A DNA stretch of 63,955 nt, filler included, from Octopus bimaculoides (Eukaryota): NCBI RefSeq assembly GCF_001194135.2. It is 7 parts of 7 records of this genome, joined end to end, with 100 filler letters (N's around TTAATTAATTAA, not from the genome) between each part and the next. Parts side by side here need not be neighbours in the genome. Positions count along the whole stretch, not along the records: positions 60,947 to 62,828 come from NW_026331139.1; positions 62,929 to 63,955 come from NW_026411808.1; 5 more parts are not named here. One strand, given 5' to 3'. Positions 61,357-63,955 of the stretch are shown in pieces. Under the pieces are notes generated by a model that saw nothing but the letters and a program-made list of their open reading frames with translations, was not told where the DNA came from and did no database searches. A program made the position numbers and the translations under genes. How positions within the stretch are numbered: position 1 is the first letter of the stretch; the number at the start of each line of letters is the position of its first letter.

Positions 61357-62037
61357 NNNNNNNNNNNNNNNNNNNNNNNNNNNNNNNNNNNNNNNNNNNN
61401 NNNNNNNNNNNNNNNNNNNNNNNNNNNNNNNNNNNNNNNNNNNNNNNNNNNNNNNNNNNNNNNNNNNNNNNNNNNNNNNNNNNNNNNNNNNNNNNNNNNN
61501 NNNNNNNNNNNNNNNNNNNNNNNNNNNNNNNNNNNNNNNNNNNNNNNNNNNNNNNNNNNNNNNNNNNNNNNNNNNNNNNNNNNNNNNNNNNNNNNNNNNN
61601 NNNNNNNNNNNNNNNNNNNNNNNNNNNNNNNNNNNNNNNNNNNNNNNNNNNNNNNNNNNNNNNNNNNNNNNNNNNNNNNNNNNNNNNNNNNNNNNNNNNN
61701 NNNNNNNNNNNNNNNNNNNNNNNNNNNNNNNNNNNNNNNNNNNNNNNNNNNNNNNNNNNNNNNNNNNNNNNNNNNNNNNNNNNNNNNNNNNNNNNNNNNN
61801 NNNNNNNNNNNNNNNNNNNNNNNNNNNNNNNNNNNNNNNNNNNNNNNNNNNNNNNNNNNNNNNNNNNNNNNNNNNNNNNNNNNNNNNNNNNNNNNNNNNN
61901 NNNNNNNNNNNNNNNNNNNNNNNNNNNNNNNNNNNNNNNNNNNNNNNNNNNNNNNNNNNNNNNNNNNNNNNNNNNNNNNNNNNNNNNNNNNNNNNNNNNN
62001 NNNNNNNNNNNNNNNNNNNNNNNNNNNATATATATAA

Positions 62038-62257
62038 GTGCAGGCTTGGCTGTGTGGTAAGGAGCTCGCTTCTCAACTGCATGGTTCTGGGTTCGAGGCG
62101 CAGGCATGGCTGTATGGTAAGAAGTTTGCTTCCCAACCACATGGTATAAGGTTCAGTCCCACTGTGTGACACCTTGGACAAATGCCTTCTACTATAACCT
62201 CAGGCTGACCAAAACCTTGTGGGTGGATTTGGTAGATGGAAACTGAAAGAAGCCCAT

Positions 62258-62303
<46 letters not shown>

Positions 62304-62470
62304 AATATATTTAAGATGGTGCTCCAGCTTGGCTACAGTCACATGACTAAAATGTGTAAAAGAATGAAAGAATATATAGGCACAGGAGTGACTGTGTGGT
62401 AAGAAGCTTGCTTCCAAACCACATGGTTCTGGGTTCAGTCCCACTGCAGGCACCTTGAGCAAGTGTCTTC
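62038..62470 (+). mobile_element. Head-to-tail family B SINE array (heads at 62038, 62097, 62379)
   Basis: Three G(G/T)(C/G)CAGG..TG(G/A)CTGT.TGGTAAG.AG heads; the second starts immediately after the first head's GGGTTCGA. Confidence 0.85.
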
Positions 62471-63505
62471 CTAGATAGACAATGTCTGACTAAAAGACAG
62501 GATGGTCACAGCTGGGACATAGGTCTCGATCAGGACTGACCTGGGGCTAAACAACAACGGTAAACGAAGAGCACATTAGATAATGTAGTCTTAGATACAC
62601 TATGTCTGAATAAAAGACCTAGTCTATCTATGACCTGGGGTTAAACAAAAGCCTAGCTACGTTTTCTTTTTGCCACCCTTTCCATCTACCCTTCCCTCAG
62701 TATCATTCATCTGTCTATGCTTGGTCCTAGTTATTCTGTCCAGCCACTAGATGTCACCTCTAGAGTTTTTGTCTACCCTCTCTATAGGGCTTTCCTATAA
62801 GGTGTTATCCACCCCTGATTGGAACTCTNNNNNNNNNNNNNNNNNNNNNNNNNNNNNNNNNNNNNNNNNNNNTTAATTAATTAANNNNNNNNNNNNNNNN
62901 NNNNNNNNNNNNNNNNNNNNNNNNNNNNTCTCTTCTCTATTCTGTTTTCTTCCTCCAACCTTCTCTAATTCCCTTTTTCTCCTCCACCCTCCACCGTTTT
63001 CTGTATCTCTCTCACCCTCTTTCTCATTTCTGTCTGTCTGTCTGTCTGTCTATCTGTCTGTCTGTCTCTCTCGTTGTTCATACGTGACCATCGTTCATCT
63101 TTCTTTTCCTGCACGGACGTTCAAAAGAAAACTTTTTTCCTCTCTCTTGCATATTTTCTCTTAAAAAAATGTTCTCATAGCGTTCGCTATTCTCCTCTCG
63201 TCCTGGTCTAATGACCCTCCATGTTTGTTTTCATTCGGTTTCCTTGTATTTCTCCACTGTCATGTTTTTGTTCTTAACTTTGGACCTCCATAAATCCTAA
63301 ATTTCATTCTAGAATTGATTGGAACAACTGTCTTTGAAGACTCATATTGTCGTTGAATGCTCGAAATGAGGAGTGGACAGACAGCCGACAACTGATAATG
63401 GGTCCTTTCCTCGTATTTACTTGTACTTTTCTCCCTCTTTTCTTGTTGGTTACGTATTTCTTGTTGTTTGAACAGTTGGTGACGTCCTGTAACCATATAT
63501 ACATG

Positions 63506-63540
<35 letters not shown>

Positions 63541-63542
63541 CA

Positions 63543-63945
63543 GGCGCAGGAGTGGCTGCATGGTATGTAGCTTGCATACCAGCCACATGGTTCCGGGTTC
63601 AGTCCCACTGCGTAGTACCTTGGCCAAGTGTCTTCTACTATATCCTCGGGCTGACCAAAGCCTTGTGAGTGAGTTTGGTAGACGGAAACTGAAAGAAGCC
63701 CGTCGTATATGAGTGTGTGTGTGAGTATATTTGTGTGTCTGTGTTTGTCCCACCCACCATCGCTTGACAACTGATGTTGGTGTGTTTACGTCCCTGTGTT
63801 TACGTCCTGGTTCGACAAAGGAGACCGATAGAATAACTACTAGTCTCACAAAGAATAAGCCCTGGGGTTCATTTGTTCCACTAAAAGCGATGCTCCAGCA
63901 TGGTCGCAGTCAAATGACTGACACAAATAAAAGAATAAAAGAATA
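63543..63945 (+). mobile_element. Full-length tRNA-derived SINE family B (CORE-SINE-like)
   Basis: GGCGCAGGAGTGGCTGCATGGTATGTAG (A box), CGGGTTCAGTCCC (B box), CORE-like ACCTTGGCCAAGTGTCTT, internal (TG)n, and an A-rich tail (A)AAAGAAT. Confidence 0.92.
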
Positions 63946-63955
63946 TATATATATA

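Noticed and set aside
7480-62181. Long ORFs of 200-500 aa in the ORF track
   Set aside because: They are open only because they run through N gaps (X residues); there is no coding evidence.
63260-63500. Another Penelope endonuclease remnant (..THYQLSAVCP..KFRIY..)
   Set aside because: The resemblance is too weak to call without alignment.
63543-63620. SINE heads as genuine tRNA genes
   Set aside because: A/B boxes are present, but no complete cloverleaf with matching acceptor stem was found and each head continues into a SINE body.
241-63849. Many short ORFs rich in YI, HT, CV, LS, RE, YLSI or MYVC repeats
   Set aside because: They are translations of (TA)n, (CA)n, (GA)n, (GATA)n and (CATA)n microsatellites.

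Overview
Eukaryotic, AT-rich, gap-riddled and almost entirely non-coding window. It is most likely from an octopus genome assembly; this is inferred from the tRNA-derived SINE families and the repeat landscape, not from a database search. No intact host gene can be supported. The sequence is a mosaic of microsatellites, at least five SINE-like families, and decayed Penelope-like elements (one ~2.2 kb RT + GIY-YIG relic plus several endonuclease fragments). It also holds Tc1/mariner relics (DD34D, DD37D and a DD41D-like copy with 45-residue spacing), a Helitron, a hAT 5' end, RTE and Hero/NeSL-type LINE 3' ends, a near-intact CCHC ORF1 of a probable Tx1/L1-like LINE, and MITEs. The best signals are mostly at RNA level. 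(1) Three near-canonical type I hammerhead ribozyme folds, two of them mirror images inside a ~1.06 kb palindrome, plus two degenerate ones. (2) A LINE whose 5' end sits inside a SINE tRNA-like head, suggesting possible target specificity. (3) Repeated hairpin + H-type pseudoknot modules in one SINE-like family. (4) A Helitron-end composite that appears to have copied neighbouring DNA. (5) An unexplained ~178-codon open frame and a near-perfect short hairpin. Most ORFs in the supplied track are artefacts of N runs and dinucleotide repeats. Six 100-bp gaps carrying a TTAATTAATTAA marker make adjacency across them unreliable. All coordinates were counted by hand and element boundaries are approximate.
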